Of a stretch of 64,000 nucleotides of DNA, positions 24,820 to 37,823 are shown piece by piece. This stretch comes from Eledone cirrhosa (lineage: Eukaryota). The position numbers and the translations under genes were made by a program. The DNA is taken from positions 416,516,001 through 416,580,000 of the forward strand of contig OZ024740.1 in the NCBI GenBank assembly GCA_964016885.1, given 5' to 3'. The notes under the pieces were generated by a model. It was not told the origin of the DNA. It did not search any database and saw only the letters and a list, made by a program, of their open reading frames with translations. Every line of letters starts with the position of its first letter. Positions within the stretch are counted from its first letter, which is position 1.

Positions 24820-26880
24820 CTGCTCTGCGCGAGCATCGAGTGCTCAACCGGCACACCACCTACAGACGCATTTACCTGCAACCCTACAACAACTATATAT
24901 AGTCCGCTAACAAGGAAATCTTTGATAACAACGCGGAATATTACAACGCAGCTCTAAGTAAGGCGGCACATAGCCAAAATATAACATAGTTTGAAACGCC
25001 GGGATGGGGATGGCCCAACGGACACCCACACCCGCGTTGTCCGGGAGGGGGCGAACCCTAACAATACAGGCAGAACAGAAACAAATAAACACCATGAGCC
25101 CGACACCACCACACGGGCGATGGTGACGAGTACTCTTAATGAGATGAAACCCAATATGAGTAGCAGTTTCAGGGGTGATGATAACCACCTCGGGCCCGAC
25201 GACCCCAACCGCAGGAAACGGGGGGGGGGGTAACGGGGGACCACCCCACAGTGGATCTCCCAGCGTAGGCAACGACCACCCCACATATTCGGGCCGTGGA
25301 GATAGCAAAACGCATAGCGCCCAAAGGGGAAACAGCAATACGGGAACCACCAGCAACCCAACAACTCTCCAACAACTCACGACGCCCCAACTCACCCATA
25401 TAGGAGTAGACGCAGAAAAATCACGTGGTACAACCCACCCTACTCAGCGGCCCTAAAGAACAGCTTGGCCCGATTATTCTTTGGAGCACTTGATAAATGC
25501 TTCCCGAGGGACCATAGATACCACAAGATCTTCAACAGACACACTGTGAAGCTCTCGTATTCCACCACGAAAAATCTGGCCCAACACATAGCTAGCATCA
25601 ACAGGAGTAGGCTTAAAAAACACACACAACCAGAAGATTGCAATATAAGCACCCAGCAGAACCATGTGGAAGGAGGGAGGGGGGGGTCTAGTGCCCACCC
25701 AAGAAACTCAAACTGACCCGGGGAACCCCCACCGTGCCCGCGGGAATACCACCATGCAACATGTAACGAGAACCCCACACTAGGCACGGAGAGGTCGACC
25801 ACACTCTGCAACTGCAGAAACCCTGAAACATGCCCCCTTAGTAATGAATGCCTTAAGAAGAACCTAATATACGGATATATGGTTAAAATCCCCAACTCCG
25901 AACACCTCTACATAGGAGCCACATCAACGAGCTCTAAATACCGTTGGTATAACCATCGCCATTCCTTCAACAAGGAGGCCAAAAGGAAAAGTACGGCTCT
26001 TTCCGATCTGATCTGGAAGCTGAAGCTGGACAGGACCCCGTACTCTATGGCCTGGTCCATAATCAGGAAGGTACCACCCGATACAGGGGGATCTGGCATA
26101 TGCAAACTATGTCTGAACGAGACCCTCGAGATACTAAGAGGTGGAAGCCGCCTGATAAATCTCAGAACTGACTTCTTCGGGACATGCAGACACCTCAGTG
26201 CCGGGACCTTCCTCAAGCTATATGGACAGTAGCAACACACTGAGATGTGAACTCCCCTCAAGCTATAGGGACTTCTCCAGAACATGTAGACACCTCTCGG
26301 CCAGACCTCCCTCAAGCTAGTGACAACACCATAGGTTGGGAACTCCCCTCAAGCCATAGGGACCTACCCAGGCTGAGCAGACACCATGATAGCCTAGAGA
26401 TTGATTCTGACACAGCCTTTCTAATTTGGCCAACATCTTTATAACACACACACACATTTTATTTTACTTGATTTTTCATTGATTTTTCATTGATTTTTCA
26501 TTGATTTTTCATTTGTTTTGTTTTCTTCACCCTATTGCCTTATATTTAAGTTGAGAATGGTTATAACACACACACTTTCTATTTAATTATCTTATTTCGT
26601 TTTATTCTTTTACCATCTTGTTCCTCCTACCACTTTATCCAACATCTTTCTGACCTTGAGGTTGGTTATAGCACACGCACATTTTATTTTATTTGGATCT
26701 TCACTTCTATTTTCCACTTTCCATTCTCATATTTCATTTTTCATTTTTCAATTTCCATTTTCATTTCTCATCTTTCATTTTTCATTAATTAATTTTTCAT
26801 TTATTTTCTATTTATTATTTATTTTCTGTTTTCTTCATTTTATTGCCTTCTATCCCCCCCCCCCACCACCACCACAAGAG
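24820..26880 (+). mobile_element. Penelope-like element 3' part (probably Hydra-type clade): RT thumb, CxCx5Cx5C linker, GIY-YIG, pyrimidine-rich 3' UTR
   Basis: WYNPPYS..LDKCFP..KIFNRHTVKLSYS, CNCRNPETCPLSNEC, LIYGY..YIGATS..RWYNH, C-terminal CKLCLNE. Starts at a (TA)n tract. Confidence 0.85.
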
Positions 26881-27003
26881 ATGGTGGCAGGATGGGTGAA
26901 GAAACACACACAGATGCTTATAAATGTCAGCAGCAGCAAGACAGGCTGACCAAAACACCAACAACACTACCAAATTAAGGGTAGAGGTCAGATGTACTTA
27001 ACA

Positions 27004-27060
<57 letters not shown>

Positions 27061-27061
<1 letters not shown>

Positions 27062-28273
27062 AGATCAAAGGATGGTTAAAAGAGTTCCATGTATTCTATT
27101 ATGCGCATTTCAAAAACAAATATCATCATGCGATGACATTTGCGTTTTCGTCAGATAAAATAGGGAGACATGATATGAAGGTTAAAAAACACTTGTGAAT
27201 AGTGCAGATTTGAATCAACATATGAAAAGAAATTTAAGATTGATGTGTGATATTGGGGAAAAAAATGAGGGGGTGGGGGGAAAGGATGAAAAAGAGGAGG
27301 AGATGAGAGTAAGAATGGTGGGGGAGGAGTATAATAAGGAAGGATGAGAGATGGGTGATAGAAAGAGAGAGATAGCCTTTATAACTGAGAAAAATATTGT
27401 TTCACAGAGAGAGGTTAAAAAGCCGTTGGAAGATAATATATAATTTAAAAGAATTTGAAAATTGATGAAGAGAAAAAAAATTAATGAAGAGAAAAAAAAT
27501 TAAGAATAATGTTAAATTAAGGTTTGTATATTGAAGGGTTTAATAATATGTGCGATGAAAAGAAATTGTTAATATGTATTATTAAAATAAAAATATTAAT
27601 GTTATTAAGGATATAATGTGAAAAGAAGTAGAAGAGTGGATGAATTATGAGAGGAATTAGTTAGTGTTTAAGTTTGTTTTTATGTAATGCAATATGTATG
27701 CGTAATATATGTAAATAGTTTGTTTACAAATGAGCGTAGAAAGCAAAGAAGAAAATAGTGTTTAAGGAAGAGAAGACTCTAACAACAAAATATATATGTT
27801 TATGAAGTATTTCCTAATGGTAATAGTATAATGTAATAAAGGAGATTAGTTAGGGTTTAAGTTTGTTTTTATGTATTGTGATATGTAATATGTAAAAGTT
27901 AGACGAGCATGAAAGGGAGAAAAAAATATAATGAATTGAGGAGGAATAATCAACGTCAAAAAATGTTTATGTTTACGAAGGATTTTTAGAAGTAATACTA
28001 TAAAGTATTTAAAAGGTAATAATAAGTTTTATGGCCAATGATATGAAGGAAGAAGGAAGAGTGGCTATATTGTGGTGAGTAATAATAAGAATTGAGAAGT
28101 ATCTAGGAAGAAAAAGTACAGATTAGAGGTTAGAAATTAAAAGAAGAGAGGAAGAAAGGGAATTGATAAATAGGAAAGATATAGAATGAGTAACTAGTGT
28201 TATATAATGTATAATAAACATCATTGAAATAAGGTAGAAAGATGGGTATATTTTTAAAGAAATATACATATAT
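27061..28273 (-). mobile_element. Probable 3' UTR/pLTR of the minus-strand PLE at 34545-36830, separated from it by the PLE-2 insertion
   Basis: Pyrimidine-rich on the minus strand, ends in a hammerhead next to (TA)n. AATATACATATATG (28261-28274) and AATATATATATATG (34531-34544) flank PLE-2. Confidence 0.65.
27092..27162 (-). ncRNA. Type I hammerhead ribozyme, intact core
   Basis: UAUUUUAU-CUGACGA-[~15-bp stem II, GCAU loop]-GAAA-UGCGCA-UA-AUAGAAUA. 8-bp stem I and palindromic helix III. Confidence 0.88.
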
Positions 28274-28459
28274 GTCGTTTCTGAATTTGTTTAGCAAGAT
28301 TCTTTATCTGAAATCGTGTGTTGAAACCGATATTGTTATACTTTGGGAGGGTCATGTTGCCAATAAGAAACACACGCACCAGTTGCTTTCACTTTAATTT
28401 ATTATAATAAATTTATAAATTTCTGGTTGGTTCCACAACCAGATAGTTGTTTATATATT

Positions 28460-28502
28460 GTCATAGTTCTTTCGTCACACACTCTGTGACCTCTTCAGTG
28501 AA
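28460..28502 (-). ncRNA. Minimal type I hammerhead-like motif in the PLE-2 pLTR
   Basis: UCA-CUGAAGA-G-GUCAC/GUGAC-GAAA-GAAC-UA-UGA. Extra G before stem II and very short helix III. Confidence 0.65.
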
Positions 28503-30313
28503 TGGGGATTCTTTTCTTTGTTTTGTGCCTCTCCTTTGTTCTGTCCTACGCCATTTTGTTTCTGTGTGTGTGTTGTGTGCTCAGTCTGCGCATGCACCAC
28601 ATCCGGGTGTCTGTGTGTGTTTATGTTCATTTATATATTTGTTTATTTACATGTTACTGGTTGGTTGTTTGTTCTATGTGTGTGTGTGTTTTCATTTTGT
28701 CCTTAATTGTAAGTTGTGATGTTGCTGTTCCACTCATATTTTCTATTTAATTTTGGTTGTAATTCTTTTATGTTTATTGCCTCTGTGATTTGTCTAAACA
28801 TTGCGTCTTTTCTGTGTGTAGATTCTATTTTTATTTCTATGTTCTCTAATTTACCCTTGTGTTCTATTTTAGCATGTTGGTAGAGTACAGATGATTCTTT
28901 ACTATCTTGAAGGTCTCGCCAGTGTTCATTTATCCGTTCCCCTACACTACGAGCTGTCTCACCTATGTACACTATATTTTTGTCTCTACATTGTCCTTCA
29001 GTACATCTTATGCTATACACTACATTTCTAGTTTTACAGTTAATATGGGGGCTTATTTTACAGGTTATACATTTCTTATCTATACATGAGGGTCTTTGAA
29101 AAGGGTATGTCTTGCTAATAAGTGTTTTTACGGAGGTACCTGGTCTTTCTACTATCTTAATATTGAGTTTATGTTTATCTAGGGCCCTTCTAAATTTGTA
29201 AGCTAATTCACCTCTAGGGGTTGTATCGATGAACATTACACTCTGGTATTTATTGCTATCATACCATGAGTTTATTCTATTAGCCTTGTTCCTAGTTCTT
29301 TCTATTCTATTCCAAAATTTGCTCCTATACAAGGGGCAGGTCCCATTTATGTCATTATTTACCATTTTTTCCCATTTGGTTCTGGCTCCTCTATACACTC
29401 TGATTTTATCTCTCTGATTGTAGCCAGAGAACTGCATACGGTGGATGAAGTGTTGTATGTGTCTCTCTAGTTCTTCGGGGTTGCACATGCGGGACACGTT
29501 TCTCATCACCCGTACCAAATCCGCAATCAGTATGTTGATTTAGGTATGGTCCGAAACGGCCGAGTTTCGGTGGATCAGATGTTTGGAAGTCATGGGTTTG
29601 GCATAATGGGAATGGAGGATTTGTTTTTTGTTATAAATGGTATCTAACCAGAGCTCTGTGCCTAGTACAGGTAATCGATGGTTGGGGTGTTTAAAAACAC
29701 TTATTAGCAAGACATACCCTTTTCAAAGACCCTCATGTATAGATAAGAAATGTATAACCTGTAAAATAAGCCCCCATATTAACTGTAAAACTAGAAATGT
29801 AGTGTATAGCATAAGATGTACTGAAGGACAATGTAGAGACAAAAATATAGTGTACATAGGTGAGACAGCACGTAGTGTAGGCGAACGGATAAATGAACAC
29901 TGGCGAGACCTTCAAGATAGTAAAGAATCATCTGTACTCTACCAACATGCTAAAATAGAACACAAGGGTAAATTAGAGAACATAGAAATAAAAATAGAAT
30001 CTACACACAGAAAAGACGCAATGTTTAGACAAATCACAGAGGCAATAAACATAAAAGAATTACAACCAAAATTAAATAGAAAATATGAGTGGAACAGCAA
30101 CATCACAACTTACAATTAAGGACAAAATGAACACGCACACACACATAGAAAAACAACCAACCAGTAACATGTAAATAAACAAATAAATAAATGAACATAA
30201 ACACACACAGACACCCGGATGTGGCGCATGCGCAGACTGAGCACACAACACATACACAGAAACAAAATGGCCAGAACAAAGGAGAGGCACAACAACAAAG
30301 AAAAGAATCCCCA

Positions 30314-30356
30314 TTCACTGAAGAGGTCACAGAGTGTGTGACGAAAGAACTATGAC
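30314..30356 (+). ncRNA. Minimal type I hammerhead-like motif in the PLE-2 pLTR
   Basis: Same motif as 28460-28502, on the plus strand. Confidence 0.65.
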
Positions 30357-31301
30357 AATATATAAACAACTATCTGGTTGTGGAACCAACCAACCAACCA
30401 GAAATTTATAAATTTATTATAATAAATTGAAGTGAAAGCAACTGGTGCGTGTGTTTCTTATTGGCAACATGACCCTCCTAAAGTATAACAATATCGGTTT
30501 CAACACACGATTTCAGATAAAGAATCTTGCTAAACAAATTCAGAAACGAAATATCGTAAGCCTTAGCCAAGCTAACAAGATACTGAAAACCACCATGTTC
30601 TGTTGTCTACGAAAAACCATAACATCTCGACAACTACACTTCATAAAAGAATGTGCCTCGTCCCGAGTTTACACCAACACCATCAACACCAACGTAAGAA
30701 GATTACAACTCACCAAAAAACAAGCAGATAGGCTAAAACGAACACTAATTCTAAATATAAAAAAGAAGATCTATAGAGAATTATGTCACCAAGAAAAACA
30801 TAAGCGTAACCTAATACAAGAAATAGCTAGGATCACCACACCAAGAGAGAAACTAATATTTTAAGCCTTATACGTCCTGAAGAACAGTACATTACTCAAG
30901 AATGTGATAAGCACTTTAACAAGAAACTAAAGTGGCTTAAGCAGATAAAGCTAAATCAGGATACTGTAGAGAATACCAATAGATATCCCGACAAAATTGA
31001 CGGTATAAATATGGCCGACACCTCATTAACAGATGAGTTCAACAACAACAACAACACAAATATATACGGCAACACGGTAATAGATGACGATGAGTTATCT
31101 GTATTACTTCTACCACCGAAATTTGCGACATTCAAGAAGGTAAATATGATTAGTTGTCTGTCAGAAATAGAAAAATCATTTACAAAACTACGTTGGAGCC
31201 TCAAAAACAAAAACAAAAACAAAATTAACATTATACGCACACACATATACAACAACAACAGACACACAGACACAAACAACAATAACAACAACACACACAC
31301 C

Positions 31302-31334
<33 letters not shown>

Positions 31335-34300
31335 AATAATAACATACCCAGAAACAACAACAACAGACACGCAGACACAAACAACAATAACAACACACAC
31401 AACAATAATAACACACACGGAGACAACACACATCAACAACAGCACACATCAACACAACAACACACACACATTCAATGCCTCTTACCACCACCACAATCTT
31501 AACAAACACACAGACACAGAAAACAAGTAATGACAGTAGCACAGAAATCACAGAAATAAGGGAAAGTAATAGGATTAAAAGAAGGGAGACTAAGGACAAA
31601 GAAAATAACCAAGACGAACACACAGACACACAAAACAATGACCCAGTGGAAAGAGACAGGAGTAATTATGAGAGACATAGAAACAACCATGAGGCTGTTG
31701 GTGGAAATAGAAATAGAAACAACACAACTAACAATAACAATAGCACTAGTACACATAAAGCAGCAGCCTGGAACTCTACTTTTTATAATCCCTCCGATAA
31801 ATCGTTCGACCTGCGACGAGTCCACGCCACGACTTTACCATTTAACAAATGCACGCAATTACCGTCGCAAGTCGATGAACAAACAGAAGCACAATTTAGT
31901 ATAGCTAGATCCGAACTTAGAAATATTATAGAACAGTATAGCAAGAAGCATAATAGAATGGAGGCCCAGCAACTGGGAGAAAAATCTGCAAATGGCTTGC
32001 GTAAGCTCATGCAGCGCTCGCGTAATGGAGAGATAGCATGCTTTCCAACAGACAAGTCTGGCAGAATGTCGGTTGACAGCCTGCCAAATTACATCCAGGC
32101 AATGCAACCCCACATCACAAACACAAGAGAGGTAACACCACAGGAGCATGAGGATAGAGAAAAAGCCCTCAATGCCCATATGGTGATGTGGACGAATATA
32201 ATGCAGCCCAACAAAAGGACTGCCAACAACTTCCAGGCCTGGAACAGTGACGTGCCGGCGTTGTATGGGCTTCGAAAAGACCATAAAACGGGCAGTGACC
32301 CTGTCACGGGACCACCAACATGGCCAGTCTGTGGAGCTAACATTGCTAGTAACTACAGACTGTCCTACCTCCTCTCCCTGATCATACGCCCCATCATTGA
32401 AATGTCCCCAGATGTATGTGACAGCACGGAGGACCTCCTCAGCAGAATCGCCGAGAGTAACCGATCTAGGGATCTAACAAACTGCATAATAGGTAGTATG
32501 GATGTTGTGTCCCTGTATCCATCTATTGACGTGGATTTTGCTGTGGAGAAATGCGTAGAAATGATCAGTGAGAGCAATGTTGAGTTCCGTGGGATTGATA
32601 CCAGTGAGCTGGGACTCCTACTTAAACTTACCTATACTAATAATTACCTAGACACATATGACCTTAGCAACCTGTGCCCTACAAGACCAGCAAGAGGCAG
32701 ACCACCTACCATTACCTCAATGGCCAAGAAAACCCACACAGATAGATGGAACGGGTGGACCAGAGCCATACGGACACCCGAAAACCACGATGAACTGAAG
32801 AAAATGATTGCACATGCGGTAGGGGCCAGCATAAAACTAACCCTTAAGGAACATATGTTCAAATTTAATGGAAAAACATATGCCCAAGAGGAAGGAGCAG
32901 CCATTGGTGTTAGCATTGCAGGCGACATAGCTAACTTATTCATGGTATGGTGGGACAGTTAACTTAAACTTAAACTTAAAGAACAATTAGAAGACCCCTT
33001 AACCCTGATAATGTACTCCCGCTACGTTGATGATATAAACATCGTAATTAAGACACCCCCACTAGAGAACAGTCAGGAACTAGAGAAAAACACAATGGAA
33101 AGCATCCAGCAAATAGCTAACTCCATCCACCAGAGTATTAGAGTTACTATAGACTACCCAAGTAAACACCCCAACCATCGATTACCTGTACTAGACACAG
33201 AGCTCTGGTTACATACCATTAATAACAAAAAACAAATCCTCCATTCCCATTATGCCAAACCCATGACTTCCAAACATCTGATCCACCGAAACTCGGCCGT
33301 TTCGGACCATACCAAAATCAACATACTGATTGCGGATTTGGTACGGGTGATGAGAAACGTGTCCCGCATGTGCAACCCCGAAGAACTAGAGAGACACATA
33401 CAACACTTCATCCACCGTATGCAGTTCTCTGGCTACAATCAGAGAGATAAAATCAGAGTGTATAGAGGAGCCAGAACCAAATGGGAAAAAATGGTAAATA
33501 ATGACATAAATGGGACCTGCCCCTTGTATAGGAGCAAATTTTGGAATAGAATAGAAAGAACTAGGAACAAGGCTAATATAATAAACTCATGGTATGATAG
33601 CAATAAATACCAGAGTGTAATGTTCATCGATACAACCCCTAGAGGTGAATTAGCTTACAAATTTAGAAGGGCCCTAGATAAACATAAACTCAATATTAAG
33701 ATAGTAGAAAGACCAGGTACCTCCGTAAAAATACTTATTAGCAAGACATACCCTTTTCAAAGACCCTCATGTATAGATAAGAAATGTATAACCTGTAGAA
33801 TAAGCCCCCATATTAACTGTAAAACTAGAAATGTAGTGTATAGCATAAGATGTACTGAAGGACAATGTAGAGACAAAAATATAGTGTACATAGGTGAGAC
33901 AGCTCGTAGTGTAGGGGAACGGATAAATGAACACTGGCGAGACCTTCAAGATAGTAAAGAATCATCTGTACTCTACCAACATGCTAAAATAGAACACAAG
34001 GCTAAATTAGAGAACATAGAAATAAAAATAGAATCTACACACAGAAAAGACGCAATGTTTAGACAAATCACAGAGGCAATAAACATAAAAGAATTACAAC
34101 CAAAATTAAATAGAAAATATGAGTGGAACAGCAACATCACAACTTACAATTAAGGACAAAATGAAAACACACACACACATAGAACAAACAACCAACCAGT
34201 AACATGTAAATAAACAAATAAATAAATGAACATAAACACACACAGACACCCGGATGTGGTGCATGCGCAGACTGAGCACACAACACACACACAGAAACAA

Positions 34301-34354
34301 AATGGCGTAGGACAGAACAAAGGAGAGGCACAAAAACAAAGAAAAGAATCCCCA

Positions 34355-34397
34355 GTCACTGAACAGGTCACAGAGTGTGTGACGAAAGAACTGTGAC
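34355..34397 (+). ncRNA. Inactivated hammerhead motif in the PLE-2 3' pLTR
   Basis: CUGAACA (G8C) and UG at the cleavage position; stems retained. Confidence 0.55.
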
Positions 34398-34544
34398 AAT
34401 ATATAAACAACTATCTGGTTGTGGAACCAACCAACCAACCAGAAATTTATAAATTTATTATAATAAATTGAAGTGAAAGCAACTGGTGCGTGTGTTTCTT
34501 ATTGGCAACATGACCCTCCCAAAGTATAACAATATATATATATG

Positions 34545-36830
34545 CCTTTGAGAAAAAGGATTTTAAACTGGTAAAGTATTAGATATTAGCTGTATATTTT
34601 ATAGAATGTTCTGTGGAATTTATGCAAGCAGAGAGAAAATAAGTCAGTGCGTCTATTTATTATAGAATCTAAATTAGATATAATGGTAAATTTCTCACAT
34701 AAACAAAGATTACATGTTTTGTATAGAGAGGCATTCTTCAAGTAGGGAGAGGCAGAACAAACTTTCCTGCAAGAGATGTTATAGTTAATATTTTTGTCTT
34801 TCAAGGACCATATGAGTTCTGAGAGTGGTGTTGGTTCTTTTAAGTTGGTATTTAAAAGAAGAATGATGATTATAAAGACGGGCTTTAAAGGAGTTGGAAG
34901 TGGAGCCAAAATAGGTAAAGGAATTGGTGTCAGTTATAACTTTACATTCATAGATTAAGTTTTTTTCAAGACAATTGTTGTTGAGAGGACATTTATTTTT
35001 AACAGGGCAATTACAATTGCGATTAGAGAGATTAACAGAGTTATTAACAAGTGACCTAGTGTTATCTATAGGAGGAATTGGAAGTTATTTACGATAGGAA
35101 TAATAGTTTCCTGATTTAGATTGGTATTAAGAACATTTGACGAAGTTACGTTTGACGTCGTATTTGGGTTTGCAGAAACTAGCCCAGAGTTAACAATGAC
35201 GTCGGGAGTACTATTACTATTATTATGATATTCAGTGTTGGAAGGAAGTGATTTAGTATTTAATATTTTATTGTTGTGTTTAAAGATAATATTGGAGATG
35301 TTGGAGGAAATCGAATAGGAAAATTTTATAGTATGTTTGTTAAATATTTTACTATAGATATGTGAGGGAGGGAAGCATTTATTTAAAGCACTAAAGAATA
35401 ATTTAGGAATATTATTATTAATAGAGATGGAGAAAGGAGCATTATACCAGATTATATTTTTGTATCTAGGTCTTTTATTAAAGTTATTAGAATGATCATA
35501 ATTAAATATTTTACTGTAAGATCTTCTAGGATTGATTTCTTTACTGTATTTGATTTTATCAGGATAACCGGCTTTAGAAAGCGCGTTATTATAGTAATTG
35601 GCGTTAGCATCAAAAATATTTTTATTAGATGATAGGTTTGATATTCTTTTTCCAATATTACTAACTATAGCATTTTTAATGTTAGTGGGGTGGTTAGATT
35701 TAAAATTAACATAATTTAGATTCTCATTGTTTTTATGGTAAGGGTAATATAGGCCAGTGTCAAGATTAAGGGATATATCCAAGAAGTTAGCTAGTTTGAC
35801 GTTGTTATCAAATTCAATTTTTAAGTTATGTTGGTTAAAGAGATCACGTATAGTGTTCTTAATATTAAGGTTAACTATGTTGCAATTTAAGATAGTAAAA
35901 AGTCCATCGTCCCGATAAATTCCACCGCGAAGTTGAGGAATTTTCCGATTCAAAGAGTTCAAAATAAAGATACCAATTAAATCTGTCAATTGAGATGAAT
36001 CGGATGCACCCATTGTAATGTCAAAGTTGTTGGAGGTATCAGCTCTAGTCCAGTAATCATTGTTGAGAAGTGAGGGTGAAATAGAAGAATAGTAGCTGGC
36101 AATATCAAATTGAATAAATTTTTGTTTGTTTTTCTTATTCAAGTTGTTGAACCAGCCAATTACTTCAGATGTACCAAACCATAAATTTAAGTTAGAAGTA
36201 GAGCAATTAGAACGAACCTGTGGGATAATTCTATTCAAGATGGCTTTGCTAACAACCCCCAAATCTGATTTAGAGGGGGCGATTAGTTTAACAGGTAGTT
36301 CCGTACGAAAGTTGTTTTTGTGATCCTTGAGATTTATCCTCGGAGTTCTTGCGAGGAATGGTTCGGTCTTTTTTTCGATGCCAAGTTTTGACATAATCTC
36401 AGAAGCTTCAAAGTTTATGGAATCTAAATTATCATGGTTAGTTTTGCGATATTTCTTCCTTAGTTCTTTAAGGATAAGGTTGTTATAGTTATCCTTAGAT
36501 ATACCATATAAATTATTTGTTTTGTTGGAGTGGACTAAAACATTTTTTGAGGAATTAAGGTTTAAAATCGTATTCTTGAGATTTACAAGGTGCTCTTGTC
36601 TTCTATAAGGGTTTCTCTTGAATTTAAGATTTTTTATAATGTTAGTTAACTCTTCCTCGAATTGCACTAAATTTTTGTTGGAAGGAGGATTCCTTCTAGA
36701 GTTAAATAAATGATCGAGAAAGTTATGTTCCTTGGTATAGAAGTTCCCTTTTAGGCGCTGGTCATAGTAAAATGTATTCGGCCAATTCTATCTTAAGATA
36801 TAATTAACCTGTAATTGTAAGATAGCATTG
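34545..36830 (-). mobile_element. Penelope-like element (probably Hydra-type clade), AT-rich, degenerate
   Basis: QFDIASYYSSI, ITMGASDS, GGIYRDDGL, NFLDISLNL, WYNAPFS, CNCPVKNKCPLNNNC linker, CNLCLCEK. Apparent internal RT deletion and frameshifts. Confidence 0.88.
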
Positions 36831-37257
36831 TGATTTTTTTAATTCATTTCTCACTATCTAATTTTATATATTTTTTTATTTCTTTATTGTCTCCTTCTCT
36901 CATTTGATTTACCTATTCTATAACCTCCCTCCTCCACTTCATACACTATCCTTAGAATCTGCTGTACACATATCACCTTCAACGCTTGACCGCTCCACTC
37001 ACTCCCCTATTGTTCTACAGGCAAGTTCAGCCACCCTTAGCTCCCACCAAATGCCATGATAGACTTATTTGTGTTTACAACAAATTTTAACCAATCCTCT
37101 TGACAAGTTCGGCTAAAAATTCTAATTTAGTCCAGAAATAGCCGTCTTGAGGTCTGCCGTCGGGGGTCATACTTTTTCCTATTTCCCACTCTACCACCCT
37201 AAGTATTGAGTACTCTGGTGCGTTATGGTCCATCTGGTTCCTTACCACAATTCCTTT

Positions 37258-37300
<43 letters not shown>

Positions 37301-37313
37301 GTATATACACATA

Positions 37314-37823
37314 TCATTATCATCATCATCACCGTTTAACGTCTATCTTCCGCACTAGCATGGGTTTAGACGGGAATTGTCCCACTTGAGGCAAAATTGG
37401 TTGTCTTGCTCGTATAAAGCTGTCTGGCAGGTTTTCTACAGCTGGATGCCCTTCCTAACAGCAACCACGTTTACAGTGTGGACTGGAAGATTTTTACCGT
37501 GTTACCTACACAGCCACATTACAGCGTGGACTGTGAGTTTTTTTTTGTTGTGACACCTACACGACCTCATTTATTTAGGACTGGATGTTGTGGTACCAAC
37601 ATAACTTTACAGAGAAAGGGGTGGTGTTGATGGGGGTGGGAGTAGTGGTAATGGGATGGGGGTGTAGTTTTGGTTAAGAGATGCCTACTGACTGTAGGTT
37701 TCGCTTTGTACATAGGCAAGGCGAGTCTTCTGTATTACTGCGTAATGCCAAAGATCTCGGTCCAGTGACATTGTCTTGGAGAGGTGTAAGTGTGTAAGGT
37801 CGGAATTTATCAAATCGTCCCAG
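37314..37823 (-). mobile_element. RTE 3' segment (from WDDLINS to tail), inverted relative to the adjoining copy
   Basis: (CAT)n tail, 3' UTR and WDDLINSDLTHLHLSK. Confidence 0.9.

Larger units (their letters stand above)
28274..34533 (+). mobile_element. Penelope-like element 2, near full length (ORF ~30469-34153; Neptune/Nematis-like), with upstream partial tandem copy (29690-30555) and inverted 3' copy (28274-29690)
   Basis: PTDKSGRM, SMDVVSLYPSI, YSRYVDD, CIDKKCITC linker, NVVY..YIGETAR GIY-YIG. Three pLTR copies. ORF broken by frameshifts near 30860 and 31490 and by one in-frame TAA at 32960. Confidence 0.95.

Noticed and set aside
37096-37152. Second U3-A8 hammerhead (TTGACAA..GAAA..TC)
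   Set aside because: Stem II closure and helix III are poor, and the change fits CpG decay of CTGACGA; kept only as a degenerate relic.
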